A stretch of 64,000 nt of DNA from NCBI GenBank assembly GCA_963663865.1, contig OY760686.1, forward strand, positions 1,856,001 through 1,920,000, read 5' to 3'. The translations under genes and the position numbers were made by a program. The notes beneath the pieces were generated by a model. That model was given only the letters and a program-made list of their open reading frames with translations. It ran no database searches and was not told the DNA's origin. Within the stretch, counting starts at the first letter, position 1. Each line of letters starts with the position of its first letter. The DNA is from Spirochaetota bacterium (GTDB lineage Bacteria > Spirochaetota > UBA4802 > UBA5550). Positions 49,213 through 59,170 of the stretch are shown here, piece after piece.

Positions 49213-50360
49213 TTTCTGACAGCCTGATCCTTTCTTTCAGCCACAGTTAAATGATAGGTTATGTTTTTGTAGCCGTATCCGTAACCATAGCTGAAGTCGA
49301 TCGGCCCTTTTGAATACTTGCGAGTGTTGTAGTCAAGCTCTCTCTGGTAAAATGATTTGAAAACCGGAATCGGTTTGTGATACTTGCCATAGTACGAAAG
49401 TGACCACTTTTTTTTATCAAAATATCGCAGTGCAATACCTGAATCATCCTGAACAATAAGCTTGCTCGTTTTGAATATAATGTTGCGTATTGAAGAGAAA
49501 TTGCCCAGGTGCATAAGATATGATGCTGACTTAACAACGGTGAGCAGATCTGTTTTTTTAGTTATCCATTTCTTAAAGGGTTTAAGAGTCACTGATTTAT
49601 CAGATATATCGAGGCTGAAATATACAAGTTTTCGTTCTGTGTTGTCATTACCGACAAACGTGACCTCAATTCCCATAACCTTTGAGGATTTTGATCTTCC
49701 CCTGACCAGCTCACCGGATATGTCTAACGAAACATATTCAGCGGTTTTGACGAAATATCCTCCCCTGGCTAAAAAGAAAAGGATAATGCCGGAGGGGCCA
49801 TTGAAAACACTTTTGCCTATATTTTTCTGCATTTGCATTGTGACAAAAAAAGCGTGGTTTAAGATGAAGTTCAGTTCAGATGGAACATGTCTCAACTGTT
49901 CCATAAGTTCCGGTTTTTGCATGTCTGATAGAGAAGGTATATTTCCCGTCGGTTCGAGACCGAACATAATGATATATTCAGATGAAGGGAACAGAGAAAG
50001 AGGATGAAGAATGTCAGGGCCGCTGAAAGGATAAAAAACGGTTTTTTCTTTATGTACTGATAATACCTTCGAAGACCAGGCAGAAAGTTTGCTCAGATTT
50101 TCGGGGAAAAACGCATTCCAGGAGCTGTTTATTCCTTCTGAGTATTTTTTGTAATCAGCATTTGTTGCAATGTTTTTAAATCGATTGTTTTCATTCGGAA
50201 CTCCGGCAATAAATTCTGCGATATCATTGATGAGTGTTCCCTTTGTGCGGAGCTGATCTATGTTATCTGATGTACCGGAAGCACTGGTTTTTCCCTGAGG
50301 CTCAAATGCCAGAAAAAATAATGCCGATAAGACTAATGCTGTGAATCTGTTTTTGCGCAT
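49209..50360 (-). CDS. Exported hypothetical protein
   Basis: Signal peptide. Motif-like blocks YPFSGPD, GLEP, KSASYLMH, QDDSGI, FSYGY. ATGA overlap with the transglutaminase gene. Confidence 0.8.
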   Translation of the reverse strand: MRKNRFTALVLSALFFLAFEPQGKTSASGTSDNIDQLRTKGTLINDIAEFIAGVPNENNRFKNIATNADYKKYSEGINSSWNAFFPENLSKLSAWSSKVLSVHKEKTVFYPFSGPDILHPLSLFPSSEYIIMFGLEPTGNIPSLSDMQKPELMEQLRHVPSELNFILNHAFFVTMQMQKNIGKSVFNGPSGIILFFLARGGYFVKTAEYVSLDISGELVRGRSKSSKVMGIEVTFVGNDNTERKLVYFSLDISDKSVTLKPFKKWITKKTDLLTVVKSASYLMHLGNFSSIRNIIFKTSKLIVQDDSGIALRYFDKKKWSLSYYGKYHKPIPVFKSFYQRELDYNTRKYSKGPIDFSYGYGYGYKNITYHLTVAERKDQAVRK

Positions 50361-50580
50361 ATTTTACCCCTTGATATTTTCATTCACTATTTGTAAAAAT
50401 ACTGTACTATTTCTGTCCACAGTAATATTTATTTGAAGTCAAAAACAAAACTTAACAACCTGTATATTTTCTACAGAATGTTAAAAAAATAGTCAGCAAT
50501 TTACACCTTTTTCATAAATATGTTGACTATTTGTTCTTTTTACCCATATCTATATGAATACGCTTTTGATGGAGAAGGAT

Positions 50581-50877
50581 ATGGCCCTTAGAAACGATTA
50601 CGATTTTGATATGCTCGTAAATGCGATGGAAACCATTGTTATAGACGAACTTGACAGGCTTCTTCTGCTTGAAGAATACTCTGACATCTGCAGGTGCCAG
50701 GACTGTATTCTTGATATAGTTGCCTACTCTCTTAACCATTTAAAACCATCATACAGATCTTCACTTTCTTATAAAGGCGTGATGTACAAACATCAGCTTA
50801 GCCCCAAAAATGCTGAGGGCGTTGAAAGAATTATCCGTGACGCAATCAAGCGGGTAACTTCAAATCCATCGCATTAG
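50581..50877 (+). CDS. ComFB-family protein
   Basis: LVNAME..V, CRCQDCILDIVAYSLNHLKPSY, C-terminal AIKRVTSNPSH. RBS GGAG before ATG 50581. Confidence 0.85.
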   Translation: MALRNDYDFDMLVNAMETIVIDELDRLLLLEEYSDICRCQDCILDIVAYSLNHLKPSYRSSLSYKGVMYKHQLSPKNAEGVERIIRDAIKRVTSNPSH

Positions 50878-50912
50878 AATATCAATTCGCCACTTCGCTG
50901 GCAGGAGGAAAA

Positions 50913-51707
50913 ATGAAAGCTCGTTCAATAGTAGTGATTTTTCTTTTCACGATTGTCTGCGCGTCTGTATCGGCTGCCTCCGCTTCAGATGCCAACTCGT
51001 TGGGAAGGACATGGGAGTATGCAAGCCTGACTACCGTGTTTTCACCGGAATGGTCTCTTACTGCAATCGCCGGACACAGGTATGAGTTTTACCGCTCACA
51101 GGGTGACGACATCAAAACATTTATGTATGAGTTTTTTATTGGGCCTAACTACAAGGTTAATTTTGCAGAAAACTTTACATTCAAGTGCTCGCTGTGGTAT
51201 TACTATATGGGGTTTGATATGAGGGATTCTCCTCTTGATGAGTATATGTACTCTCATAACGGTAACCTTATTCCCTCAATTGAATACAGATTTGGCGATT
51301 TTACTTTAAGCAACCGGGTAATTGTTCACGGGAAGTTTTACGCAGATAATGACCAGTTCACTTCCAGTTCGCAGAAGCGAGGATTTTCGCTTCTATGCAG
51401 GGAGATGCTGAAGGTTAGCTATAAAATTGTGCCCGACCTTAGTGTATCTTTGGCCGATGAAGTTTTCTTTGGCCTCATAGAGGACGGTGAAACAAACGGT
51501 ATCAGAAAGGGCGAGCCGTGGTTTGAAGAAAACGGTTTTTCCAAGAACAGGCTGTATGCCGGATTAACGTACAAAATATCGCCTCTTGTTTCAGTAACAC
51601 CTCAATACATTCTCGAAACTAATTATGATCCGGAAAACGATTACAAGCTGAAAGATAAAACACACTACATTTTTCTGAGTGTAGATTTCGTTCTTGTGAC
51701 ATTTTAG
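50913..51707 (+). CDS. Outer-membrane beta-barrel protein (DUF2490-like)
   Basis: Signal peptide, DEVFF...FSKNRLYAGLTY pattern, C-terminal Phe. Confidence 0.7.
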   Translation: MKARSIVVIFLFTIVCASVSAASASDANSLGRTWEYASLTTVFSPEWSLTAIAGHRYEFYRSQGDDIKTFMYEFFIGPNYKVNFAENFTFKCSLWYYYMGFDMRDSPLDEYMYSHNGNLIPSIEYRFGDFTLSNRVIVHGKFYADNDQFTSSSQKRGFSLLCREMLKVSYKIVPDLSVSLADEVFFGLIEDGETNGIRKGEPWFEENGFSKNRLYAGLTYKISPLVSVTPQYILETNYDPENDYKLKDKTHYIFLSVDFVLVTF

Positions 51708-51720
51708 GCTTTTACGAATC

Positions 51721-51748
51721 GAATGCCCTGTAATAAGACAGGGCATTC
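51721..51748. terminator. Hairpin between convergent genes
   Basis: GAATGCCCTGT / ACAGGGCATTC perfect 11-bp inverted repeat. Confidence 0.75.
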
Positions 51749-52807
51749 CTATCTGCTTTTGTGAAGATAAACTGACTGTGTTGGATAGGAAAACTGGATT
51801 TTCTTTTTATCAAATGTTTCCTTGATGCTCAGGTTGATATTTTGAAGAATGTCCATGTGCATGTTGTAGTCGTTTGTCAGCACGTAGTATACAGTTTCAA
51901 ACTGCAGCCCCGAGTCTCCTATCTCTTTGAAGTGCGATCTGTCAAACCTGGTTAGCTCATTCTTTTCCACAGAGTTGCGGATTATTTGAGGTATTGTTTT
52001 AAGGAGTCTTGTCGGAGTGTGGTAGGATACGTTTATTTTAAACAATACCCTTCTCTCCTCCATCCTCTTGTAGTTTCTCACCCGTGAATTAGTTATATCA
52101 GTGTTTGAAAAAATAAGCATTTCCCCGCTGAGACTTCTTATTTTGGTCGTCTGAACGCCAATATGCTCTACGGTGCCCATGTAATCATCGATAATAATAA
52201 AGTCACCGGGCTCGAACGGCTTATCCAAAAAAATGCTGAAATAGCTCAGTATGTCTTTAAGTAGAGCCTGAGCTGCGATAGCTACTGCTATACCACCAAT
52301 TCCAAGACCTGTAATAAGACCTGTAATCTTGAATCCAATGTTATCAAGAAACAGCATCAGCGCAATGGACCAGAGTATAACTTTAATTATATTCTTCAGC
52401 GCGATTACTGCCTTTGAATGGGTTGCGTTCTCTTCTTTCTTGATATAGTAATTCAACAAAAAGGTTATCAGGCGGCTAAGAAAAAGAGTAACGATAATGG
52501 TAATGCCAAAAAACGCGGCTTTGTCGATAATCTTGTTTATAGTTTCGTTGATATTGAAGCTTTTAAGCGTATAATAAAATACTATAAAATAAAGCAGAGG
52601 AATAAAATAATGCCTGAGACAGTAAACGGCAAAATCATCGAGACGGCTTTCGGTATTCTGAGCCATGTCAGTAATTTTGCCCTTCACGAACCAGCGCAAA
52701 AGCGTTATAACAAGAATTCCTGCGGCAAAAAGAACAAGTATCTCACCGAAACCTGAAATGGCTGTTTGATCCAATGATTCCCTTGCTGCAAGAGCGATTT
52801 TTCCCAC
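51749..52807 (-). CDS. Small-conductance mechanosensitive channel (MscS family)
   Basis: GLGIGGIAVAIAAQ, DKPFEPGDFI, GTVEHIG..TTKIR, C-terminal YPTQ. Confidence 0.93.
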   Translation of the reverse strand: MGKIALAARESLDQTAISGFGEILVLFAAGILVITLLRWFVKGKITDMAQNTESRLDDFAVYCLRHYFIPLLYFIVFYYTLKSFNINETINKIIDKAAFFGITIIVTLFLSRLITFLLNYYIKKEENATHSKAVIALKNIIKVILWSIALMLFLDNIGFKITGLITGLGIGGIAVAIAAQALLKDILSYFSIFLDKPFEPGDFIIIDDYMGTVEHIGVQTTKIRSLSGEMLIFSNTDITNSRVRNYKRMEERRVLFKINVSYHTPTRLLKTIPQIIRNSVEKNELTRFDRSHFKEIGDSGLQFETVYYVLTNDYNMHMDILQNINLSIKETFDKKKIQFSYPTQSVYLHKSR

Positions 52808-52963
52808 AAATACACCTCAATGATTTAATATTGAATTATTATTACTGTGCTAGAATTCAATGGATTGCAATATATATGATGATTTCAGTAAAGTATATAA
52901 AGTGCAATATTTTTTTCTTATAATCCTACTAATTGGACGCTAAAAATTTAGTTTTTATCATTC

Positions 52964-52993
52964 TTGACAAATAAAGGACAGAGGTCATATTAT
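52964..52993 (+). promoter_or_regulatory. Putative sigma70 promoter of the HD-domain gene
   Basis: TTGACA-N18-TATTAT. Confidence 0.5.
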
Positions 52994-53029
52994 CTGACAC
53001 TCTTTAATAGAAAGAAATGAAGGAAAGTA

Positions 53030-54490
53030 ATGACAGAGCAAATAAACCCGAACCATGATGTTCCTGAAAACACAATCAAGGTTTCTATAAATGATGTCAG
53101 CGAGAATATTGATGATATACTGACACACAGACTTCCAGTATACAGACTTAATGAGCACTCGGAATATGTAATAATTCCCCTCGATAAGATTAAGCAGTTT
53201 ATTGGTGAAGCTGAAAAAGACCTTGAACTCTACATCGCATCAGACTGGCAGGAAAAGGTTGAAAAAAAGGAGATGGATTTATCCGTGTCCGGAGCAGAGA
53301 ATGCTGATAATGAGAATGTCTCACAGCCAAAGGACAAAGAAGAACAGAGCAACCTTGATGAATTCAGGAGAAGTATAGAAAAATACTCAAATATATCAGA
53401 ACAGGTAAATGTTTTTAAACAGATGTCTGTTGTAGAAAGAGAAGAGGTTCTTGATAAATGCATTGAAGATTTGCATGAGATCAACAACCAGAGTCACAGG
53501 CTTGATCTCAGGGTGATTGTAAAGCTGGTCGAGATTATTGCAAATACATTTTATGCCAACTATATCAACATGGAAGACAATCAATCAACGGTAAATGTAA
53601 AGAATTCGTCATTTGGCATTTTCACTAAAACGGAATGGATGCTTAAACTTCTGATAGAGTATTTCCAAAGCCCCTATGTCAAGTTTGAAGACTATAAGCA
53701 TATCAATTCAATCAAAACCGGTTCTTCTACAGTTGATTCAATGTGCAGGAGCCTGCTATGGTTTATAGGTTACTGTCTTTTTTTTAACCGCTACATTGAT
53801 TCCGGGCTGATAACAAAAAACATCAGAGGAGATTTTAAAACGAAGTATCTTAGATACTATAAAAGAAGGCTTCCAGATTTGAATGTCAGGCTTGAAACCG
53901 TTATAAAGGGAGGCATGCGTAGAATTGAAACCCAGAGGGAGCTGCTTCTGTATTCAATTGGCAGTCTGCTTTATGATATTGGTAAAATACCAAATGTTGA
54001 CTATCACGATGGTGATAAGGTTTTTGATGAAAACATGCTGAAGCTGCATACCCTTCTTGGTTACAATATGCTTTTGCGAACAAAAAAATACCCCTTTGAG
54101 GTTATAGCCATGGCTGCTTTTCATCATGAGTACTATGGTGGAAGAGGCAGCTATAACTTTACCAATCCGGTATTATCCAAGCTTTTAAAGCGTAAGAGAA
54201 CAGACGCGAATGTTTTCAACTTCATAACATATGAAGCAAGGGATTTCATAGAAGGATATGCGCTTGCGTATTTCCCCTGCAAGATGATTGAGATTATTGA
54301 TATCTATAACGCTCTTGTTGGTAAAAGAGAAATGAGTCACTTTGATGCGTTTTTTACCATGAAAAAGGAATTTGTCGCGCTGAGTCTTAAAATAGATCCG
54401 CTTCTTTTTGAAATTTTTACCGAATTTATTTGTCGATGCGGCCTCTTAACTGACAATGAAAGGCAAAAGGTCGATGCAATAATTTTTTAA
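53030..54490 (+). CDS. Degenerate HD-GYP-like protein
   Basis: LLYDIGK, KLHTLLGY, FHHEYYGGRGSY, IIDIYNAL, IDPLL follow the HD-GYP motif order, but with HD changed to YD and no GYP. Confidence 0.78.
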   Translation: MTEQINPNHDVPENTIKVSINDVSENIDDILTHRLPVYRLNEHSEYVIIPLDKIKQFIGEAEKDLELYIASDWQEKVEKKEMDLSVSGAENADNENVSQPKDKEEQSNLDEFRRSIEKYSNISEQVNVFKQMSVVEREEVLDKCIEDLHEINNQSHRLDLRVIVKLVEIIANTFYANYINMEDNQSTVNVKNSSFGIFTKTEWMLKLLIEYFQSPYVKFEDYKHINSIKTGSSTVDSMCRSLLWFIGYCLFFNRYIDSGLITKNIRGDFKTKYLRYYKRRLPDLNVRLETVIKGGMRRIETQRELLLYSIGSLLYDIGKIPNVDYHDGDKVFDENMLKLHTLLGYNMLLRTKKYPFEVIAMAAFHHEYYGGRGSYNFTNPVLSKLLKRKRTDANVFNFITYEARDFIEGYALAYFPCKMIEIIDIYNALVGKREMSHFDAFFTMKKEFVALSLKIDPLLFEIFTEFICRCGLLTDNERQKVDAIIF

Positions 54491-54661
54491 TCCAAAATTC
54501 ATAAATAATGCCTGTTAAAAAGATTTTTATCTAAATGAACAGCTTATAACCTAATTTCCGAAAAGTATTGTTGCCATATTACAAATGCTTATAACAAAAA
54601 ATGAAACTCATCCTGCAATAGTGGGTCTAAATATTAAAGCATATTGAGATTTGGGAGTAAT

Positions 54662-55939
54662 ATGAAAAAATACTTTATATTAATATTTTCTTTAGTTTTC
54701 TTTGTGTTTTTACATCCGGCATCTTCTGAAACAAAAAAAGTCTACACCTGGGATGAGATTGTTTCTCTTACACTTAAGTCTAATCCTGATTTAAAATCAG
54801 CAAGGGAAGACATTATTATCGCCAATGCATACTCTGGGGCTACGAGAGGAGATTTGTTGCCCTCGCTTAACGCAACTGTTTCTGCAGGAAGGACTTTTTG
54901 GAGTACGGAAGAAAACAAAGAAAACGCCTTTAGCTACACTCTTTCAGCAAAACAGCTTTTATTTGACGGGTTAAAATCGTATTACGACTATAAAAAATCA
55001 AAATCTGATATTGAAGCTGAAAAATATAACTATTTTGTTAAAGAATCAGACGTACTATATAATGTCAGAAGTTCTTATGTGAATTTCATCAAGGCCAGAA
55101 AATATCTGGGAATTGCTGAAACAATATATCAAAGAAGAAATGACAATCACAACCTTGTAAAAATGCGTTATGAAGCAGGGAGGGAAAACAGGGGATCCCT
55201 GCTCGCTTCTGATGCTGATTTAAGCGGGGCAAAGGCGGATGTTGATATAGCCAGGAGAGATCTTGCACTTGCGGGTAAGGCACTATTTTCTGCAATGGGA
55301 GTGCCGTATAATTACCCGGATTTTGAAGTAGACGGCAGTCTCGAAATAAAGGTAGACATCAATACAAAACCAGACTGTGACCAAATAGCCCGACAGAATC
55401 CCCTGCTCAGGCAGATGATTGCAGTAAAAAAATCATCGCTTTACAGCAAAGATGCAGCTAAATCCGCTTACTTCCCACAGATTTACGCTTTTCTTAATGG
55501 TGATGCCAATGGAGACAGTCCGAATGCGTCACAGAGATCAATAAGCGCAGGTGTGCAGGCCTCAATCTCGATATTTGAGGGAGGTTCAACCTACTATTCA
55601 TCGAAGGTGGCAGACTCAGAGTTCAGGCAGTCAACATATAATGAAGAAGCAACACGCTTTTCGGTTATCCAAACACTTGAGGAGTCATGGACAGATTTAC
55701 TCAACAAGCATGATGAGGTTAATGTTCGTGAAAAACAGCTCAAGGCAGCCGAGGAAAGATCGAAAATAGCCGAATCGCAGTATTCTATAGGATTGATCTC
55801 CTTCAATAACTGGACTATTATCGAAGAAGCTATGGTCAACGCGATGAACAGCTATCTAAACGCGAGGACTGAACTGTTGATTGCTGAAGCAAAGTGGGCA
55901 CAGGCAAAAGGAGAAATCGTCAGATATGAAAAAGAGTAA
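54662..55939 (+). CDS. TolC-family outer-membrane efflux protein
   Basis: Signal peptide, NPDL, LLPSL, LFDG, RYEAG, YFPQI, IFEGG duplicated OEP pattern. Upstream of macAB. Confidence 0.9.
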   Translation: MKKYFILIFSLVFFVFLHPASSETKKVYTWDEIVSLTLKSNPDLKSAREDIIIANAYSGATRGDLLPSLNATVSAGRTFWSTEENKENAFSYTLSAKQLLFDGLKSYYDYKKSKSDIEAEKYNYFVKESDVLYNVRSSYVNFIKARKYLGIAETIYQRRNDNHNLVKMRYEAGRENRGSLLASDADLSGAKADVDIARRDLALAGKALFSAMGVPYNYPDFEVDGSLEIKVDINTKPDCDQIARQNPLLRQMIAVKKSSLYSKDAAKSAYFPQIYAFLNGDANGDSPNASQRSISAGVQASISIFEGGSTYYSSKVADSEFRQSTYNEEATRFSVIQTLEESWTDLLNKHDEVNVREKQLKAAEERSKIAESQYSIGLISFNNWTIIEEAMVNAMNSYLNARTELLIAEAKWAQAKGEIVRYEKE

Positions 55940-56903
55940 ACTTTTATTTATTTCTATTGCTGCGTCCGCAGCGATATTTGTTATTTACGTTTTATGGGAT
56001 GATGACGGACCGAAAGAGCCAGTATATCAGGAAATACAACTTCAATCAGCCGATATACGTAAAAGCGTTTCAACAACGGGCATAGTAAATCCACAGAACA
56101 GGCTTGAAATAAAGCCCTCCGTTGCCGGCAGAGTTGAAAGCATTCTCGTTAAAGAGGGGGACTACGTAAGAACCGGCAGAGTCCTTGCCATGATGAGCTC
56201 TGAGGAGCGTGCGGCGCTTATAGACTCCGCGAGAGCTAAGGGGGCTGAAGCAGTTGAGTATTGGAAAAAAATATACAAACCAATATCGCTTATTGCTCCT
56301 ATAAACGGCACCATTATTGTCAGGGATGTTGAACCCGGCCAGTCTGTTACTACATCTGATGCGATGTTTGTAATATCAGACAGGCTGATTGTTCAGGCCG
56401 ATGTCGATGAGACTGATATCGGCCTCGTAAAGAAGGGATTTAGAGCAAGTATTACTCTGGATGCTTATCCGGAAGTCGAAGCTTCAGGAAAAGTTGACCA
56501 CATATCTTACGAATCAACTACATCAAACAATGTTACTATTTACAAGGTCGACATTTTGCCTGACAGTGTGCCCTCGGTATTCAGGTCGGGTATGACAGCA
56601 AATATAGAGATATTTATGTTAGAGAAAAAGGATTGCCCTACTCTGCCGCTTGAAGCGGTCGGTAAAGACGGAGGGCGCAGTTACGTGCTTGTGAAAACAA
56701 AACAAATAAATAATCCCCAAAAAAAATATATTGAAACTGGAGTCTCAGATTTGACGAGGGTTGAAATTGTAAGCGGCTTAAGCGAAAGTGATATTGTACT
56801 TATGCAAAACACGAACCAGTATCTTCTCGATATGCCAGGTGATAATGATAAAACCAATCCATTTATGCCGCAGAGAAAAAAACAAAAAAAAGAAGTTAAG
56901 TAA
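55926..56903 (+). CDS. macA: Periplasmic adaptor subunit (MacA-like)
   Basis: N-terminal TM, GRVESILVKEGDYV, APINGTI, VDETDIG, FRSGMTA, VEIVSGL. Confidence 0.85.
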   Translation: MKKSKLLFISIAASAAIFVIYVLWDDDGPKEPVYQEIQLQSADIRKSVSTTGIVNPQNRLEIKPSVAGRVESILVKEGDYVRTGRVLAMMSSEERAALIDSARAKGAEAVEYWKKIYKPISLIAPINGTIIVRDVEPGQSVTTSDAMFVISDRLIVQADVDETDIGLVKKGFRASITLDAYPEVEASGKVDHISYESTTSNNVTIYKVDILPDSVPSVFRSGMTANIEIFMLEKKDCPTLPLEAVGKDGGRSYVLVKTKQINNPQKKYIETGVSDLTRVEIVSGLSESDIVLMQNTNQYLLDMPGDNDKTNPFMPQRKKQKKEVK

Positions 56904-56909
56904 AACACG

Positions 56910-58865
56910 ATGATCGAATTAAAAAACATAACCCGAACATATATTACCGGTAAAAGCGAGGTTAACGCCCTCAGGGGAGTTTCGCTCAATATTAATATGG
57001 GCGAATTCGTAGCCATTATGGGGCATTCCGGTTCGGGGAAATCAACACTTCTGAGTATACTCGGTTTTCTGGATAAGCCAGATAGCGGATCATATTCTAT
57101 TATGGGGAGAGAAACCAGCGGTCTTACCGATGATGAACTTTCTGTATTAAGAAATAATATCTGCGGATTTGTTTTCCAGCAGTTTCATCTAATGCCCAGA
57201 ATGACCGTTCGCGATAATGTCAGCCTTCCCCTTATATATTCTGGCTTGAATGAAAAAATGACATTTGTGGATGAGCATATACGCTCTGTCGGACTTGCAC
57301 ATAGAATTGATCACATGGCCAACGAGCTTTCAGGTGGTGAACAGCAGAGGGTTGCAATAGCACGTTCAATGTCAAATGACCCGCTGATACTGTTTGCTGA
57401 TGAGCCAACCGGAAATCTCGATTCAAAAACTGAAAAGGATATTCTCGCTATTTTGACTTCACTCCATGAGCAGGGAAAAACCATAATTATGGTTACCCAT
57501 GAAGAAGAGATAGCTCACTACGCTGAAAGGGTCATATACATGAAGGACGGTGAAATTATCTCTGACGGACCATCCTCCAAAAGAAAAAAACCAACAAATG
57601 GATATGTCCGGGATAAACACGTTCCCCTTTTTGAAACAAACAGGTCAGCGATGACACTCGGGGCTTTAAAAGACTCCATAGTCCAGGCTCTGACTTCAAT
57701 AACGACACACAAGATGCGGTCCTTCCTTTCCATGGTTGGAATTCTGTTTGGTGTTGCCTCCGTTATAGCCATGTTAGCTATTGGCGAAGGAGCAAAGGAA
57801 GCTGTTGCAGAAGACCTGAAGTCTATGGGCTCAAATATGCTTTCCGTTAGGCCCGGCGCCATGCACGCACGCGGTGTATCGCTTGAGGCCGGCACCGTTA
57901 CCCGATTCACACAACGTGATTCTGATATTATCGGCAGGCTGCCCGAAATTGAAAATGCCACACCCGGTGTTAATGGATCTGCACAGCTTGTCTACGGCAA
58001 TAAGAACTGGTCAAGCATGGTTATGGGTGTCAATGAAGAATATGAGCCAATCAATTCAGCAACTCCTATAGCCGGACGATTCTTCAATAAAGAAGAAAAT
58101 TCAGCGCGAAGAAAGGTCGCCTTGCTGGGAACCACGGTAACAAAAGAGCTTTTCGGAAAAGAGAATCCGATAGGCAAAATGATAAAAATTAACAAAATAA
58201 ACTTCCGGGTAATTGGCGTTTTGCCCAAGAAAGGCTCTTCTCCGTTTCGTGACAGAGATGACGTTGTCGTTGTTCCCATAAATACTGCTATGTACAGAGT
58301 ACTTGGAGTCAGATATGTTGATTACATTGATGTTAAGGTTAAATCGCCGGATTTAATTGACAGCGCTATTAAATCAATAAGTAGTCTTGTAAAAAAAGAA
58401 CACAGATTTTCTGATGATGACTCATTCCAAATTAGAGACATGACTGAGCTTCGCACCGCGCTTCAGGGCACTACCAGAACAATGGGGCTCCTTTTGGGGA
58501 TAGTAGCCGCGATTTCACTTATTGTCGGAGGGATTGGGATAATGAATATCATGCTTGTCACTGTAAAGGAAAGGACAAGAGAAATTGGTGTCCGGCGGGC
58601 AATAGGAGCTTTCAGGCGTGATATCATGAGTCAATTTCTTACAGAATCTGCGTTGCTCACTGTTTCCGGAGGCTTAGGCGGCATAATATTCGGTATTCTA
58701 ATTTCATACATACTATCTGCGGCAGCGGGCTGGGCTATAGAGATTACCCCTTTCTCTATCGCCCTCTCAACTTCTTTCTCAGTTTTTATCGGAATAGTCT
58801 TCGGATTCTGGCCGGCATATCAGGCATCCATGCTGAAACCGGTTGAAGCTTTACGACAGGATTGA
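56910..58865 (+). CDS. macB: MacB-type ABC transporter (ATPase-permease fusion)
   Basis: GHSGSGKST, LSGGEQQR, ADEPTGNLD, GGIGIMNIMLVTVKERTREIGVR, PVEALR. Confidence 0.95.
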   Translation: MIELKNITRTYITGKSEVNALRGVSLNINMGEFVAIMGHSGSGKSTLLSILGFLDKPDSGSYSIMGRETSGLTDDELSVLRNNICGFVFQQFHLMPRMTVRDNVSLPLIYSGLNEKMTFVDEHIRSVGLAHRIDHMANELSGGEQQRVAIARSMSNDPLILFADEPTGNLDSKTEKDILAILTSLHEQGKTIIMVTHEEEIAHYAERVIYMKDGEIISDGPSSKRKKPTNGYVRDKHVPLFETNRSAMTLGALKDSIVQALTSITTHKMRSFLSMVGILFGVASVIAMLAIGEGAKEAVAEDLKSMGSNMLSVRPGAMHARGVSLEAGTVTRFTQRDSDIIGRLPEIENATPGVNGSAQLVYGNKNWSSMVMGVNEEYEPINSATPIAGRFFNKEENSARRKVALLGTTVTKELFGKENPIGKMIKINKINFRVIGVLPKKGSSPFRDRDDVVVVPINTAMYRVLGVRYVDYIDVKVKSPDLIDSAIKSISSLVKKEHRFSDDDSFQIRDMTELRTALQGTTRTMGLLLGIVAAISLIVGGIGIMNIMLVTVKERTREIGVRRAIGAFRRDIMSQFLTESALLTVSGGLGGIIFGILISYILSAAAGWAIEITPFSIALSTSFSVFIGIVFGFWPAYQASMLKPVEALRQD

Positions 58866-59005
58866 GTTGATTAAGAGGGTTTTATCCCCGGGAATAAATT
58901 GAAAATCATGATTTATTTATTGAATTCTTCCGAGAATACTATATAGTCACGTCCTATTGGTTTCTTCAAGGCGGATTATACAGCATTTCTTTACGGGAGG
59001 AAGCA

Positions 59006-59161
59006 ATGAAGTATTCCGGCAGGTCTGTAGCTAAATACTGCAGATACGTTCAACAGGCGGTCAATCTTGGAGTAAACCTTGAAGATATATTCGATGAAAC
59101 CCTCAAATATCACGGATCTGAGTTCGCACTTGTTATGATGCATAAAATACGAAACGGATGA
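59006..59161 (+). CDS. Small hypothetical protein (51 aa), absent from the ORF track
   Basis: GGGAGG RBS just upstream of ATG 59006. MKYSGRSVAKYCRYVQQAVNLGVNLEDIFDETLKYHGSEFALVMMHKIRNG, stop 9 nt before the next gene. Confidence 0.6.
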   Translation: MKYSGRSVAKYCRYVQQAVNLGVNLEDIFDETLKYHGSEFALVMMHKIRNG

Positions 59162-59170
59162 CTTCTGCCT

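Noticed and set aside
54491-54661. c-di-GMP-I riboswitch suggested by GGGTCTAA upstream of the TolC gene
   Set aside because: The upstream GCAAA / GNRA P2 stem and the P3 pairing are missing.
54662-58865. tolC-macA-macB as an acquired resistance locus
   Set aside because: A common chromosomal tripartite exporter with no mobility signs. Its substrate cannot be inferred.
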